From contig NW_027361688.1 in the NCBI RefSeq assembly GCF_039654945.1, forward strand, positions 4,836,001 to 4,900,000: a DNA stretch of 64,000 bases, read 5' to 3'. The notes beneath the pieces were generated by a model that was not told the DNA's origin, made no database searches, and saw nothing but the letters and a program-made list of their open reading frames with translations. This document shows positions 13,414 through 25,336 of the stretch, piece by piece; the stretch's first letter is position 1; every line of letters begins with the position of its first letter. Position numbers and translations under genes: made by a program. Source of the DNA: Dendrobates tinctorius. Taxonomy: Eukaryota.

Positions 13414-14511
13414 TGAGGAACTGGTGACGTTGATCATGACTTCAACATCTTGGTGGCCTAATGGGGAGCTGGTGACGTCCATGATGATTTCTCCTCTTGA
13501 GAACTGTTGTTTGAGGTGACCACTTTCTCTACTTGAATGGTCACTGGACACTTTGAGTTGCACTGGTGACTACGTCTTCATGTGGGGAACGAGGGAGGAA
13601 CATGGGTGACGGAGAGTTACGTAGTGTCAGAGTCTACCTCCTACTGTATTTTACTACTCCACTGATTTACTATAACATTGTATTGCACTTTATAAATGTG
13701 TCTCAAATTGCGGAATATTTGTAATCCTCGTCCCACCTGGCACCTTGTATCGGAATCACCAGATATCGGACAACATGTAGTGCCCAATTACTACACTATA
13801 ATAGTGACCAGTATGTGTACACTACTGGGAGCCTCGCCGATCCCGAAAATGGGGTCCATTCACTATTACGGGACTTAACGGAACATTAGTCAGTCCTAAA
13901 GAAGAGAATGAAGTGGTGGCCGAGCATCCGGCACTACCACTTCATTTAGTCCTCTTTTAGGCATGGAGGGGGTCCTACAGTAGTGATGATGTGTGTTTAG
14001 TGGGTCAACCCCTGTATCTATGCCGTACAGTGGCCCATTAATAGTCCCAGATATGGTCATATGATTGCGCCACTTACCAACGGCTTTCAAAGGTGGTCAG
14101 GCTTGTGCAAATATGTCCAAAAATTATCCATTAGATAGGCAGGGGTGGGGCTAGAAATGTCCCATAACTGTGGTTGAAAAGATGGGAGGTATGTTGACGA
14201 TACAGTCACTTGACTCCATCACCATAATGCGAAGCGTCATGCCTCATCTAGACAACCCCTTTAAGTGTTTTGCAAATTTTTTTGTTTGTTTGTGGGGTTT
14301 TTTAGATGATGATTTTCTATTATTGTGTGTGTGTGAACTGTATAAGTTAGAAAGTATTAAGTGAAAACAAACTTGCACTCAAATTTTGAGTTTGCCGATA
14401 ATCGTTATGTGAATCTGTGTTATCGGTATTATGTTTACAATAAATGATTTTTTTGAGAAGGTTGATGACTCTTTGCATCTGGGAGAAACCTGTAGATTGA
14501 GTATTGCGTAA

Positions 14512-14742
14512 GGCTATGTGCACACACAGTTTCTGCTCCAAAAACTCTTTAAAAAACTGAGTGCTAACTCTTCAAATCCTCCTCAAAAATTCTCCAAAAA
14601 TTTGGAAATTCTGCTCAGTTTCCGCTAAAAAAAAAAAAATTCAGAGCCGATCCTAACTTTTTGAGGAGTTTTGAGTTCATGAGAAGAATTTGGAAAGTTT
14701 CCGCTCATTTCGCTAAAATAAAGACCCTGTGTGCATATAGTC
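14512..14742. mobile_element. Harbinger-type MITE
   Basis: Terminal inverted repeats GGCTATGTGCACAC ... GTGTGCATATAGTC flanked by TAA/TTA. Confidence 0.6.
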
Positions 14743-15812
14743 TTAGAGTTTGAGGTTTTTTGCTGAGTTTTCAGAGCAGAAACTCTCCAAAAATCACAAG
14801 GTGTTCAAAAAACACCAGTTTTAAGTCGAGTTTCTGATCCCGAAAACTTTGCAAAAAAAAAAAACAAATTTTAAGGTTCATTCAGACATCAGTGATTTAT
14901 CTGGTACGAGAAAAACTGTCGGTTTCATCAGTGTTTTTGTTCAGAGTGTCATAGGGGAATGGTCAGAGTTTCATTGGTTTTTGAAACTTTTGATCTTACT
15001 TATAGGGTCAATATCTTACTTGTCCGTGGGAAAAAAGTCAAAAGTGAACAATCCCATAGACTATCATAGGATTAAGTGTAAAAAAAACCAAATTGCACTT
15101 GAATGTAGAAAATTGAAGTCTGAACAAGCCCTTAGGTTGATTTTTTTTTTTCCCTGAGTTATCAGAGCAAGAAACTCAGATCACAACTGATTGTTTTTTT
15201 TTTGTTTTTTTTTATTTCTTGTGATTTTCGGAGAAGTTTTCCTCCATACACCCAGCAAAAAATAAAACAAAAAATGGTGTAAACTTATTGTGCCCCAACA
15301 TCTTTTTCTTTTTTTTATTGACAGTAGAGCACACTGTTTAAGTGTGTAGGCATAGGAACAGAGAACTTATCTTTTTCGAGCAGATTACACCTGAAAAAGC
15401 AATCGCAAATCAGACACAAACAATGAACGTAATATATGTTCAGTCTTTTCTTACTTTTTGGAAATGGTGAAGTTGTTTTTATATATTTCGTTATGGTTTA
15501 AGATGCTGGCAGAAGAAGAGCCTCTACAAAAACCGTAGCAAAAGCTCCCGCGAAGACTGTCGGCTTTTTCCTGACGCGTGGTAAACCTTGGCGGGTTAAA
15601 GATGACGTGTGCACATACACATCTTATGGTTATGTTCACACTGAGTGTTTTCTTGAGTTTTTGGAGAAAACTTTCCAAAATCCTCCTCAAAAAACCTGGA
15701 GTTATTGCTCAAGTTCTGCTCCAAAAACTCAGCAAATAAAAACCTCATTCCCTATTTGTAGGTATTAATGTTATCCGTGAAAAACACGAAGGGACGTCTG
15801 TATGAGCCCTTA

Positions 15813-16131
15813 GGGTACGTGCACACGCTGAGGAATCTGCTGCGGATTCATCCGCACGGATTTTGCAAAATCCGCAGATAAATCCGCAGGTCAAAAGACC
15901 TGCGGTTTCACCATCTCCACAATGGTGGAGATAGGAAACCGCTGCGGAATCCGCAGAAAGAATTGACATGTCAATTCTTTCTGCAGTTTAGAAACCGCAG
16001 ATAATCCGCGCGGAAAATTCCGCACCGTCTACACAGCGGTTTCCATTTCCCATAGGGAATAATGGTACTGTACACCAGCGGCCAAATCCGCTGCGGATCC
16101 GCAGCAGAATCCGCAGCGTGTGCACACACCC
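15813..16131. mobile_element. Palindromic Harbinger-type MITE (copy A)
   Basis: TIRs GGGTACGTGCACACGCTG ... CAGCGTGTGCACACACCC; TTA on both sides; internal CCGCA/TGCGG repeats. Confidence 0.75.
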
Positions 16132-16134
16132 TTA

Positions 16135-16481
16135 GGGTACGTGCACACGCTGCGGATTGTGGTGCGGATTTGGTCGCGCAGATTTTGTAAAATCCGCAGG
16201 TAAATCTGCAGGTCAAAAGACCTGCGGATTGGCCTGCGGTTTTTCATCTCCACAATGGAGGAGATGGCAAACCGCAGCGGAATCCGCAGAAAGAATTGAC
16301 ATGTCAATTCTTTCTGCAGTTTCAAAGCCGCGCGGAAAAATCTGCACCGTCTGGCACTGCGGTTTTTTATTCCCATAGGGAATAATGGTACTGTACACCG
16401 CAGCAAAAACTGCTGCGAACCCGCAGGGGGGCCAGAACCACTGCGGAACCGCAGCAGAATCCGCAGCGTGTGCACACAGCC
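16135..16481. mobile_element. Palindromic Harbinger-type MITE (copy B), sharing a TTA with copy A
   Basis: Same TIRs and internal GAATTGACATGTCAATTC palindrome; TTA at 16132-16134 and 16482-16484. Confidence 0.75.
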
Positions 16482-18405
16482 TTAGGGAGATGAAGATAAT
16501 CATCGTCACCCGCACCTGATGCCGCTTCTGGGGGGAACAAAGGATAGAACGAAAAAAAAAGAAAAAAAAACATCCAGAATCAGGCCGCTGTTTTTTAAAC
16601 AGAAAACGCTCCTTTTTGGGCAGTTTCTGGAGGATTTTTTATTATCCTGAAGCGGTTTTGGAATAGTTGTGTTTTTTTTTAAGCTACTTCCATCAAGATC
16701 CACTTTTTTTTTTTTTTTTTTCCCACCAGGAATTTTTAAAAACCCCTTCCGGGAAGAAAGAAAAAAAAATAAAAAAAAACTTCTCCTTTGAACTGTGGAG
16801 TGGATTTTCCACTGGATTTGCTCTAAAAAAAAACAAAAGAAAACAAAACCTTTAAAAATAAAAAAAATAAAAAAATGATTGCATTATTCTCAAAAACGGA
16901 GCCACAAGTTTCTACTGTTGTCGTAAGTGGCCAATTTTCTGGAAGAAAGCAGCCATGTTTTTCTACTCCTGGACAACCCCCTTTACTTCCTACACAACTA
17001 GTCCTTGTTTTCCCCAGGAGCAGATATTCAGGGCTATAATTAAAGGGGTTGTCCAGGTTTATGATGTTGATGGCCCGTCCCTTGGATACTTGGGATCTAT
17101 GGGGTCCATCCCTCGTTACCCCCATTTATAAGTAGTTTTCAGCTCCAGATGTAAGAATAATGAAAGGAGTCGAAAAAGCATTAAAATATTCTGGTACAGA
17201 CGTAGGACATACATCCTGAAAATGGCAAAGAATTATAAAAAAAATATATATTACTAATTTTTAGAAATTTTTATCACACACAGATTACGGATCTTTTAGG
17301 CAGATCGGTGAAACAATTACAACATGTCTTAAGATTAATTCTAGAAATATTAATGTGATGCTAAGTATTTTAAAATGTTATCAATGTTAATGAGGTACAG
17401 AACATTATCGACAGGCTTCAATCCTTCCGTCCTTGCACTAGGCCCGTTTCCCATAGCAACCAATCAGAGTCCTGCTTTCATTGCTCCTGGACAGTGAGAG
17501 GAAAGAAAGGTGAGCTCTGATTGGTTGCTATGTGTAGCACGGACAGTTGTGATAAATGAGGCCTAGTGTAGGAGTTTTAGCCATCGTATCACCTTATATA
17601 CAGTTAATTAAACTTCAGGAAGCCATAGTGCGGCCCTGTACAGCAGGTCACAGTGTTTGCTTTTTGGACTGAGAATATAGCTTCCCCTTCATAACATAAT
17701 TGCAAGGAGAAATGTAATATTTATATATACACCATAATTTATATAATTTACAACCCCACACTAAGGCACTGGAATCCAAAGTAGCACACACCCGAAAATG
17801 AATGTAAAGCTGGGACCAGCCCCTTAAACCCACATACACTCCTACACAGACAGAGAACCAAGCCCAAAAAAAAAGGAACCCAAACTCCCTCAATATATAT
17901 AGACCCAGAAAAGACTCCCTGACAGGTGTCGTGACTAGAGATGGTGTGAATAGATTCGCGGGACCTGGTCACGTCAGTTTTCTGCCACAATCAGACGGGA
18001 GCTGTGATAACGGCTTCCTATCTGCCAGGATCCCCAGCTCTTTTTCTGATTAGTCAGCCTACTGTGATGGCAAATGTATGTCACATTGTAATGAGGTTGT
18101 CACGCCAGGAGTTGGGGATGCCGTCGCAGAAGGGACGGTTCACCAGGCTCCGGTCTGATGTGGCTGCTTGACTTTGCTATACCGCCTATCCCTACTCATC
18201 CTAGCTGGGACTACACGTGGTGTCCCATGCTACAGTTACTCTCAGAGGGGGCAGGATTGCTAGGAGGGCTGTGTCAGAACAACCAGCACTGATAATGACA
18301 ATGAGCGGGTACCCACTAAAAAGCTAGCTATGGGACCCTGACCTAGATATACCCCGAATCCCTTAATCAGAGCAAATCCCAGATAGACTCTGAACTAATG
18401 CAGAC

Positions 18406-19223
18406 TGTTATGATGAGTCACCGAAGAAGGAAAAAACAAAATACCAGCTAAGTCCAGAAAAACCAGAGAGGTTGGCAGCTATCGGATTGCAGACCCCTGA
18501 ACCCATCCACAACAACTAGCAGTAGCCGTGGGGGGTTCCTACGGTGCCCTAGACCCCTCGATCACAGCCGGAGAACTACATAGCCTAAAGAAAGAAAGGG
18601 GAAATCTAACTGCCCCAGAGCAGACCCCAAAGCAATAGGCAGCCCCCAACATATAATGACGGTGAAGCAAGATGAAAACACTAACACAGATAGAAAGATA
18701 GGTTGAGCAAATGATGGGGCCCAAGCTAACTACATAGGACAGGATAGGAAAGCTGCTGTCTGCCATCCGCAAAAACCCTATCAAAATGAGCCAACCAACT
18801 GATAGGAAAAACAGGCCCTGAAGTCGCTAGGCTTCAAAAGACTATATCAGCACTCAGGTATATTCTGAAGACAGAGCAAAAGATCAACAGATCAGAGACA
18901 AAAATGGAATTCAGCTCACTCCCGGCCGGGGATGGCAGAACTTTCAAAAAACAAGGCAAAACTAAAACAAAACTGAAGAGTACAAAGCAGAGCAGAAAAA
19001 CTTAGCTTTGAGATGCAGGAATCAGACTGGTCTCCAAGAATCCAGCAGGAAAATCACCAGCCAGGAAAAAGGGCGTCGGCAGCCTTATATCCAGTCCTCA
19101 ATTCCAGCCACCCAGTCATCATCTAGCTGCCCAGGTGTTTGGTAATCAGCCTCACTACCTTCCTTCACCAGAGGAGGGAGTTCATCAGACCACAATGGTG
19201 AAGGGAAAAATGAACTCACAACA
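18406..19223. mobile_element. Solo LTR (818 bp)
   Basis: TG...CA termini with inverted ends TGTTATGA / TCACAACA, flanked on both sides by the direct repeat GCAGAC; no coding content. Family not determined. Confidence 0.7.
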
Positions 19224-19893
19224 GCAGACCTCTGATGGCCTTCTAGTAAGTAGAGACCCCCGAACTAAAATCATATTTGCCAACAACCCAATTTTAACTG
19301 AGACAGTCCCATGAAGCAAAGTGCAATCCTAGTGCAAAACTCTACCTAAAAGTGGGCATTTTTGGGCCTTTGGGGGCAGGTTTGGTGGTTTAGGAGGGCT
19401 TTAACGTCCTAGGTTTAACTATATAAACATTTGGCAATGATTGTAAATTCACGCTAGATACTTCTAAACATCTTCAGACGGAGACGCTCTGAATACAAAC
19501 CCCAGACAGGCCCACCTAAACTAATGCAGACCTCAGACCATCCCCCTTGAATACACCTAAATACATTTCCACCTAGATCCACTAAATATTTACAGATCCC
19601 CTAAAAACCACCACAGACAAGGTCCTCTCATTGACTACAGAGGCAAGACCAGGACCCTACAGATACTTTCCTCATTTGCTTCTGCAGCTTGCAGTGTTGA
19701 ACCCTTGGTGGCCCTACAAGGCCTGAGGGTGGAGAGAACTTCAGGATTGAGGGGAGTTACGATATGTACAATATGGCTCCTTGCTCACAACAAATCCTAC
19801 GGAAATCTAGGCGGCCTCCCCGATTACGAGGAGAGTCGCCTAATATGTGTTACATAATTCTAGTCAACTTGTCTTCGAGTTCATCTGCTCACG

Positions 19894-21222
19894 TTATTTT
19901 TTCAGCCAATTCTCCCACGTTGGCAGCGTAACATCAGGGATGTTACTGAATAAACCTTTGTTTTCTGACCTGGAGGAAGCAGAAGGACTATCAATTATCA
20001 TAAATGGCTCCCGAGCTACAGACGGTGCAGGGACCGAAGATGCTGTCGGTTGCTCTCTGGATGGGAACAAGCTCCACCTGTCTCTGTCACCATGAAATAG
20101 CCGATTTATCGGCAAGAAACTAAAGAATGAGGTATTGCCTCGTTCCTCAGATGCCATCTTGGTCGGATCTGTTAAATCATCAGAATTCTTTTCCACGCAA
20201 AACATTTTCTTCACTCCAGATATGATATCATCTAAATTTTTGTGTAAAGTGTCCGAGATCAATCCGTCATCCAGATCAGATACAATACGAGCCGTCACGT
20301 CACCTTCTGACTTATCTTCCCATAGTTTCCAGCTGGCCGATTCTCTTAGGAATTCCAAAGAGTCTTGTACGTTACATGTCATCTCCAAATGGCGGATCTT
20401 CTCTGTCAACTCTTCTGTCTTTGTCTCCAGGTTCTTGATTGCATCCGAGACTGACAGTGACACCTGCTCTTCTTGCCTAGAGATCTCACTCAGGACCTTC
20501 TTCTCCAAGTTGTCCAGTTGGGTCCTCATGTCTGCAAACAAGGTGGCAACTGTCTCTGTTAGATGACTTGCTTTTCCTTGCGCCTCTCTTCTGTGATCCT
20601 GTAGACACTTGACCCTTTTGTCAGTCTCTTTCCTTTTTATGGTCATTTCCTGCAGAACACTCCTCAGGAGATCTTTCTCCGTCTTAGAGGCCTCATCCAG
20701 CATCTCCACCTGGTGTTTTCTGTGGCCACCAAAGTAGCAGCTGGAACAGATTGGTGTAGCATCTTCTAAGCAGTAATACTCCAAGAGCTCCTTATGGGTA
20801 GAACATTTTCTATTCTCCAGAGAAGTGCTGGGATCAGATAAGACGTGTTCTGCTGCCTTGCTGTGAACTCTCAGGTGTTTATCACACAGAGAAGCTTCAC
20901 ACATCAGACAGGATTTGACAGCAGGTACCGGAGAGTCCACGCAGTAAGTGCAGCAGATCCCACTTTCAGTCTGTGTCGATGGAGTAAACAGGAAATTCTC
21001 CATAATGTTACGTAGAGCTATATTCCTCATCAGTGTCGGCCGCTCCAGAAACTCTTCTCTGCAATCAGGACAGGAATAAACTCCAGACCCGTCCTGTGTA
21101 TCCAGCACACGATCAATACAGACCCGGCAGAAGTTGTGTCCACATGTCAGCGTTACAGGATCTCTAAAAATGTCCAAACAGATGGAACAGTCGAGCTCGT
21201 CTCTCAGAACCGCAGACGCCAT
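19894..21222 (-). CDS. Intronless TRIM E3 ligase (RING, B-box1, B-box2, coiled coil; TRIM25/finTRIM-like), no PRY/SPRY; divergent paralogue
   Basis: C3HC4 RING CSICLDIFRDPVTLTCGHNFCRVC...CPDC, B-box1 CTYC...CLMCEASLCDKH...H, B-box2 CSTH...C...CSSC...H..H, then coiled coil. Likely start MASAVLRDEL at 21222 by homology to the paralogues (the ORF is open from 21264). Confidence 0.9.
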   Translation of the reverse strand: MASAVLRDELDCSICLDIFRDPVTLTCGHNFCRVCIDRVLDTQDGSGVYSCPDCREEFLERPTLMRNIALRNIMENFLFTPSTQTESGICCTYCVDSPVPAVKSCLMCEASLCDKHLRVHSKAAEHVLSDPSTSLENRKCSTHKELLEYYCLEDATPICSSCYFGGHRKHQVEMLDEASKTEKDLLRSVLQEMTIKRKETDKRVKCLQDHRREAQGKASHLTETVATLFADMRTQLDNLEKKVLSEISRQEEQVSLSVSDAIKNLETKTEELTEKIRHLEMTCNVQDSLEFLRESASWKLWEDKSEGDVTARIVSDLDDGLISDTLHKNLDDIISGVKKMFCVEKNSDDLTDPTKMASEERGNTSFFSFLPINRLFHGDRDRWSLFPSREQPTASSVPAPSVAREPFMIIDSPSASSRSENKGLFSNIPDVTLPTWENWLKK

Positions 21223-22003
21223 GACTTCCAGTGCGAAGGAAAACATTGCACCTCTCAGGTGCACACCCTATTCCACGCCTGTGTGGTTTCCAAATAAACC
21301 CTGACCTTTGTTCTGTGCTCAGCTCATAATAAACCGGTTTGTCGGCCTGCAAGATTTGTGTGTGGATCTCTTGTGGAGAACATAAATGTTTATTTCCTTT
21401 TGATCTGCTTGATTTAAGGTTCATATAGACATTCGGTCCAATCTTAGATTGCAAGGCACGAATTCGCTGAGGGTCTCCCGATCTAATTGTGACATCCTCA
21501 TAGAAAGACATGAAGCCGTCATGCTTTGGTCAGCGGCCTGTCCTTGCATTGTGATCCGAGACGGTACGGATTGGCACGGAGGTCTGCATGAGACCTTAGG
21601 CTGGCACACAATTGAGGGGCTGAGTTTAATTAAAGGGGCAAAACTTAAGAGCATCGTCCCCTTTCAGAATATCACAATCCTTGGGGTCTGTTTATTTAAA
21701 AAAAAATGGCATTTATTCACCATCGTCAAGTCTAGTACAGAGTGTCCGCTCACACTGTCTGGTATTGGTTGAAGATCTGACATCACGTCGACAGCGTGGC
21801 AGCCAATCGGTGAGCTCAGCGGCTCTGAGTGTGGTGCTCCGTCTACATCGGCACAGCCAATGGCTACAACGCTATCGACGTGAAGTTAGCCTTTCACACA
21901 ATAGAAGACTGGCAACAGTGTTGGAGACTCATCGCAGAACAGTTGGGTTGAGCTCCTGCTGTAGATAGTTGTTTTATGGCCTAGGAGGAGGACGATCTCT
22001 ATA

Positions 22004-22203
22004 AGGGCACAGTCAGATGGGCATAAAAATGGGACCAAGATCGGACCCGCAATGCTCAGACTGGTCAGCCGGTCTCCCAACCCGAGCGTGACAACTGCAT
22101 AGAATTAGATGAAGATGTCAGGCTCGAGGAGGGAGTCCCGCCGGCCAGTCCGAGCATTGTCTTCTGATCTCGGTCCAATTTATATGACTGTCCGACTGAG
22201 CCC
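22004..22203. mobile_element. Degenerate palindromic MITE, same family as 22721-22910
   Basis: TIR-like GGGCACAGTCAGA ... TCCGACTGAGCCC with TAA flanks; shares GCAATGCTC, GAGCGTGACA.CTGCATAGAA and GCCGGCCAGTCCGAGCATTG with the next element. Confidence 0.65.
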
Positions 22204-22720
22204 TAACAGTGTTAGGGCCTCAAAAAATAATCCCAAGCATTGGCTACAGAGTTTCTGGTTTGTACGGAGCACCAACAAAACATGTGGGTGTTTTGCAAAG
22301 ATGACCTCAAAGTCTAGACACCTTCTGAAGAAACCGGTAAAGAAATGATCTCTGATGACCCCATTGTGGCCCATTGTTGAGGAGCCAACGGCAGAGACCT
22401 TCAGGAAAATTTGCACAGGTCGAACTGCCCTACTAGTTATCTGACTTTTCATATCCTGTACATCCCTTTTCCTCTCAATCTGAAATCTTTAAGGACCTCA
22501 ACATTCAGGATTTAAAGGGATTGTTCTAGAATCTATTTTCACTGTAGGCTAATAACCTCTCTAAAGTGAACCACCCAAGCCTTCAGATATTTTCTTACTC
22601 CAGCTCCTTCAGAATTGTGTCTCTCTGCCCGGGGGGTGAAGTGGGCGAAGGTCCTTAAATGCTTCCCATGTGACCACTGTGAACTACATTTCCCACAACC
22701 ACCATTTCCCACAACCTGTG

Positions 22721-22910
22721 CCCTACGGGCGCAGTCAGATGGCCGTATAACATGGACGACGATCGCATCGCAATGCTCGGACTGGCCGGCGACTCTCAGG
22801 ACGCGAGCGTGACAGCTGCATAGAAGTGGTAGGAAGAGCTGCCGGCCAGTCCGAGCATTGCGATGCGATCGTCGTCCATGTTATACGGCCATCTGACTGC
22901 GCCTGTAGGG
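22721..22910. mobile_element. Hairpin MITE with 70-bp arms
   Basis: 22721-22790 is the reverse complement of 22841-22910 with one mismatch; 50-nt loop. Confidence 0.85.
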
Positions 22911-23369
22911 TGAGTGGACGCCGCCGCTTAATCTACATCCGAGAAAAACGGTCCTGTTTTGCTGATCAGACGTTGATCACTTTTTTCAAAGGTGGAGTGA
23001 AAACAACACCAAAATGTTTGTCCACCTTCTCTGCTTTGTCAGTCTGTGAAAATCGGATGTCATCCGAGTGCGGGCCGATATTTTCCATGGAACCATAGAC
23101 TTGGATTGCTGATTTTGATCCGACACCAAAGAAAAAATTGGACATGCGCACGGCCCCATAGAATAACGTGGGTACGAATGAGAATCACAGGGAGCACTCA
23201 TCCGATATAATCGGGGGCGCGCACCAGCCCAGATGGTGACATTCCTTGGGTCAGCAGTTGCCAATATCACCTGCTTAAAAAAACATGTGAAAAAAGCAGA
23301 AATCAGCTCTCCTGTCCAGGTACACGACAAAATACTACAGTAATAGCAGTAGTCTAAACCCCAGCCGGC

Positions 23370-23572
23370 ATTGCTTTATTAATCCAGTAGTATAAAAGGC
23401 ACAAAAAATGGTTGAACACAACAGCACAAAACTGACCTGACAAAGGACCGTGAAGGTCTGAAATATGGTGCCTGCGAGCGCAGCGGATATTTTCTGGTTT
23501 TTTTTTTCATTTTTGCACTGCTCTGTTCAACTATTTTTTGTGCCTTTTATACTACTGGATCAATAAAGCAAT
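23370..23572. repeat. 49-bp inverted repeat downstream of TRIM (present in all four cassettes); possibly a Penelope-like remnant
   Basis: 23370-23418 versus 23524-23572 are reverse complements with two mismatches; each arm carries AATAAA on its own strand. Confidence 0.8.
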
Positions 23573-23916
23573 TCTTCTAAGAAGATGCGAGCGCCGGCTA
23601 TCGTTTGGACTGTTGCTTGGAAAGATGTTTATAGCAAATTTACTTAAAAATTGCTGAAAATTAGAAACAAAAATATAGTAAATTACTTAACTTTTATTTA
23701 TGAGCAAATATAACACATTAGATATTACCGGCATGGTCAATTACACCTAGAGTGAACCTCCTATATGTGGCCCCCCGGCATCAGGAGAGGCGAGGGCCCG
23801 TACACCTGCTCTGTATAAATGAGGGGCCTACACTAATCTTTAGGGATATGTTATTAAAATTATGCAAACTAGACAAATCGGCAGTATGGGAAAAAAAAAC
23901 AAAGCAATTTTTATTC

Positions 23917-25155
23917 CTACTTATAAAAACCATAAAAATTATTTTCTAGATAACCCATAGAAGTAGCTGCTATGTTTGGCATTGGTGGTTTTTGCGGAAT
24001 AGTAACCTGTTTCGGTTTGGCTTCAGTCCTCTTCTTATTTTCGACAGCTGAAGCCAAAGACAATTTGTCTAATCTTATACTAAGATCGTTACTTCCCTTC
24101 ACATAAAATTTTGACATTGATTCAGTCAAAATACTAAGTAATCCCATGTGTAACTTATTAGACATCACCGCCACATCCAGGTCATCTCCATCATGGGGCA
24201 GCTTATCATGTCCCCCTGTGTCCTCATCCCCTCCCTCCTTCTTAGGATCACACAAGTCACCAATATCTGGATCCTGTAGGACAGTCAGTGGATCCGCCAT
24301 GTTACACAGCTCCTCAATGTGTCTCATCTTTCTGGACAGCTCGTCCTTCTTTATTTCCAGCTGATGGATCAGAGTAGACAGTGACAGCGACATCTTCTCT
24401 TCCTGCCTGGAGATCTCACTCAGGATACTCTTCTCCAGGTCGTCCACCCGTCTCCTGATGTCTGTACACAGGGCAGTCACTTTCCCCGCTTGTTCAGCTG
24501 CTTTTTCTTGAGCTTTTCTCCTCTGTTCCTCCAGACTCTTGACTTGTTCCTCAGTCTTCTTTCTCTTTGTGGTCAATTTCTGGTGAACATTTCTCAGTTT
24601 CTCCTTCTTCTTCTCTGAGGCCTCATCCAGCGTCTCCACCCGGTGTCCTCGATGTTCTCCGGCCAGACTGCAGGACACACAGATACAAGAATCGTCCTCA
24701 GTGCAGTAATATTCCAGGATCTTCTTATGGACAGAACATTTCCTTTTCTCCAGAGAAGTGCTGGGATCAGATAAGACGTGTTCTGCTGATTTGCTGTGAA
24801 CGTTTAGGTGTTTCTCACACAGAGAAGCCTCACAGTGTAGACAGGATTTCACAGCTGGTAGAGGAGAGTCCACACAGTAAGTGCAGCAGATCCCAGTGAT
24901 CTCCTTACTTGGTTCATCACGCTGGAGAGTCTTCATGATCTTACACAGAGCTAAACATCTCATCAGTGCCGGCCGCTCCTGAAACTCTTCTCTGCATTCC
25001 GGACAGGAATAAACTCCAGACCCGTCCTGTGTATCCAGCACACGACCAATACAGACCCGGCAGAAATTGTGTCCACATCTCAGCATTACAGGATCTGTAT
25101 AAGTGCTCAGACAGATGGAGCAGTCCAGCTGTTCTCTCAGATCGGTGGACGCCAT
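23917..25155 (-). CDS. Intronless RBCC TRIM E3 ligase lacking PRY/SPRY, cassette copy 1 (412 aa)
   Basis: RING CSICLSTYTDPVMLRCGHNFCRVC...CPEC, two B-boxes, coiled coil; Kozak-like GCCATGG; AATAAA just after the stop and again near 23693. Confidence 0.92.
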   Translation of the reverse strand: MASTDLREQLDCSICLSTYTDPVMLRCGHNFCRVCIGRVLDTQDGSGVYSCPECREEFQERPALMRCLALCKIMKTLQRDEPSKEITGICCTYCVDSPLPAVKSCLHCEASLCEKHLNVHSKSAEHVLSDPSTSLEKRKCSVHKKILEYYCTEDDSCICVSCSLAGEHRGHRVETLDEASEKKKEKLRNVHQKLTTKRKKTEEQVKSLEEQRRKAQEKAAEQAGKVTALCTDIRRRVDDLEKSILSEISRQEEKMSLSLSTLIHQLEIKKDELSRKMRHIEELCNMADPLTVLQDPDIGDLCDPKKEGGDEDTGGHDKLPHDGDDLDVAVMSNKLHMGLLSILTESMSKFYVKGSNDLSIRLDKLSLASAVENKKRTEAKPKQVTIPQKPPMPNIAATSMGYLENNFYGFYK

Positions 25156-25336
25156 GGCTGACAGAGGAAGAAAGAACTCAAACAGGAACTTTCTTTTTTT
25201 TTTTGTGCCTCTACGAAATGGGAGGTTGGGCGGAGGGGATACTCACATTAGTCTCCACCCTTGTTAGCTGTGCTGCTACGTTGAGAACGCAGCATACATA
25301 GGCGAAGCAACTATCGCATCAGGCTTTTCCGAGGGA

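Noticed and set aside
21223-21264. N-terminal extension MHLRGAMFSFALEV of the divergent TRIM
   Set aside because: Starts at a non-ATG codon; paralogues begin at the MAS methionine, which has a good Kozak context.
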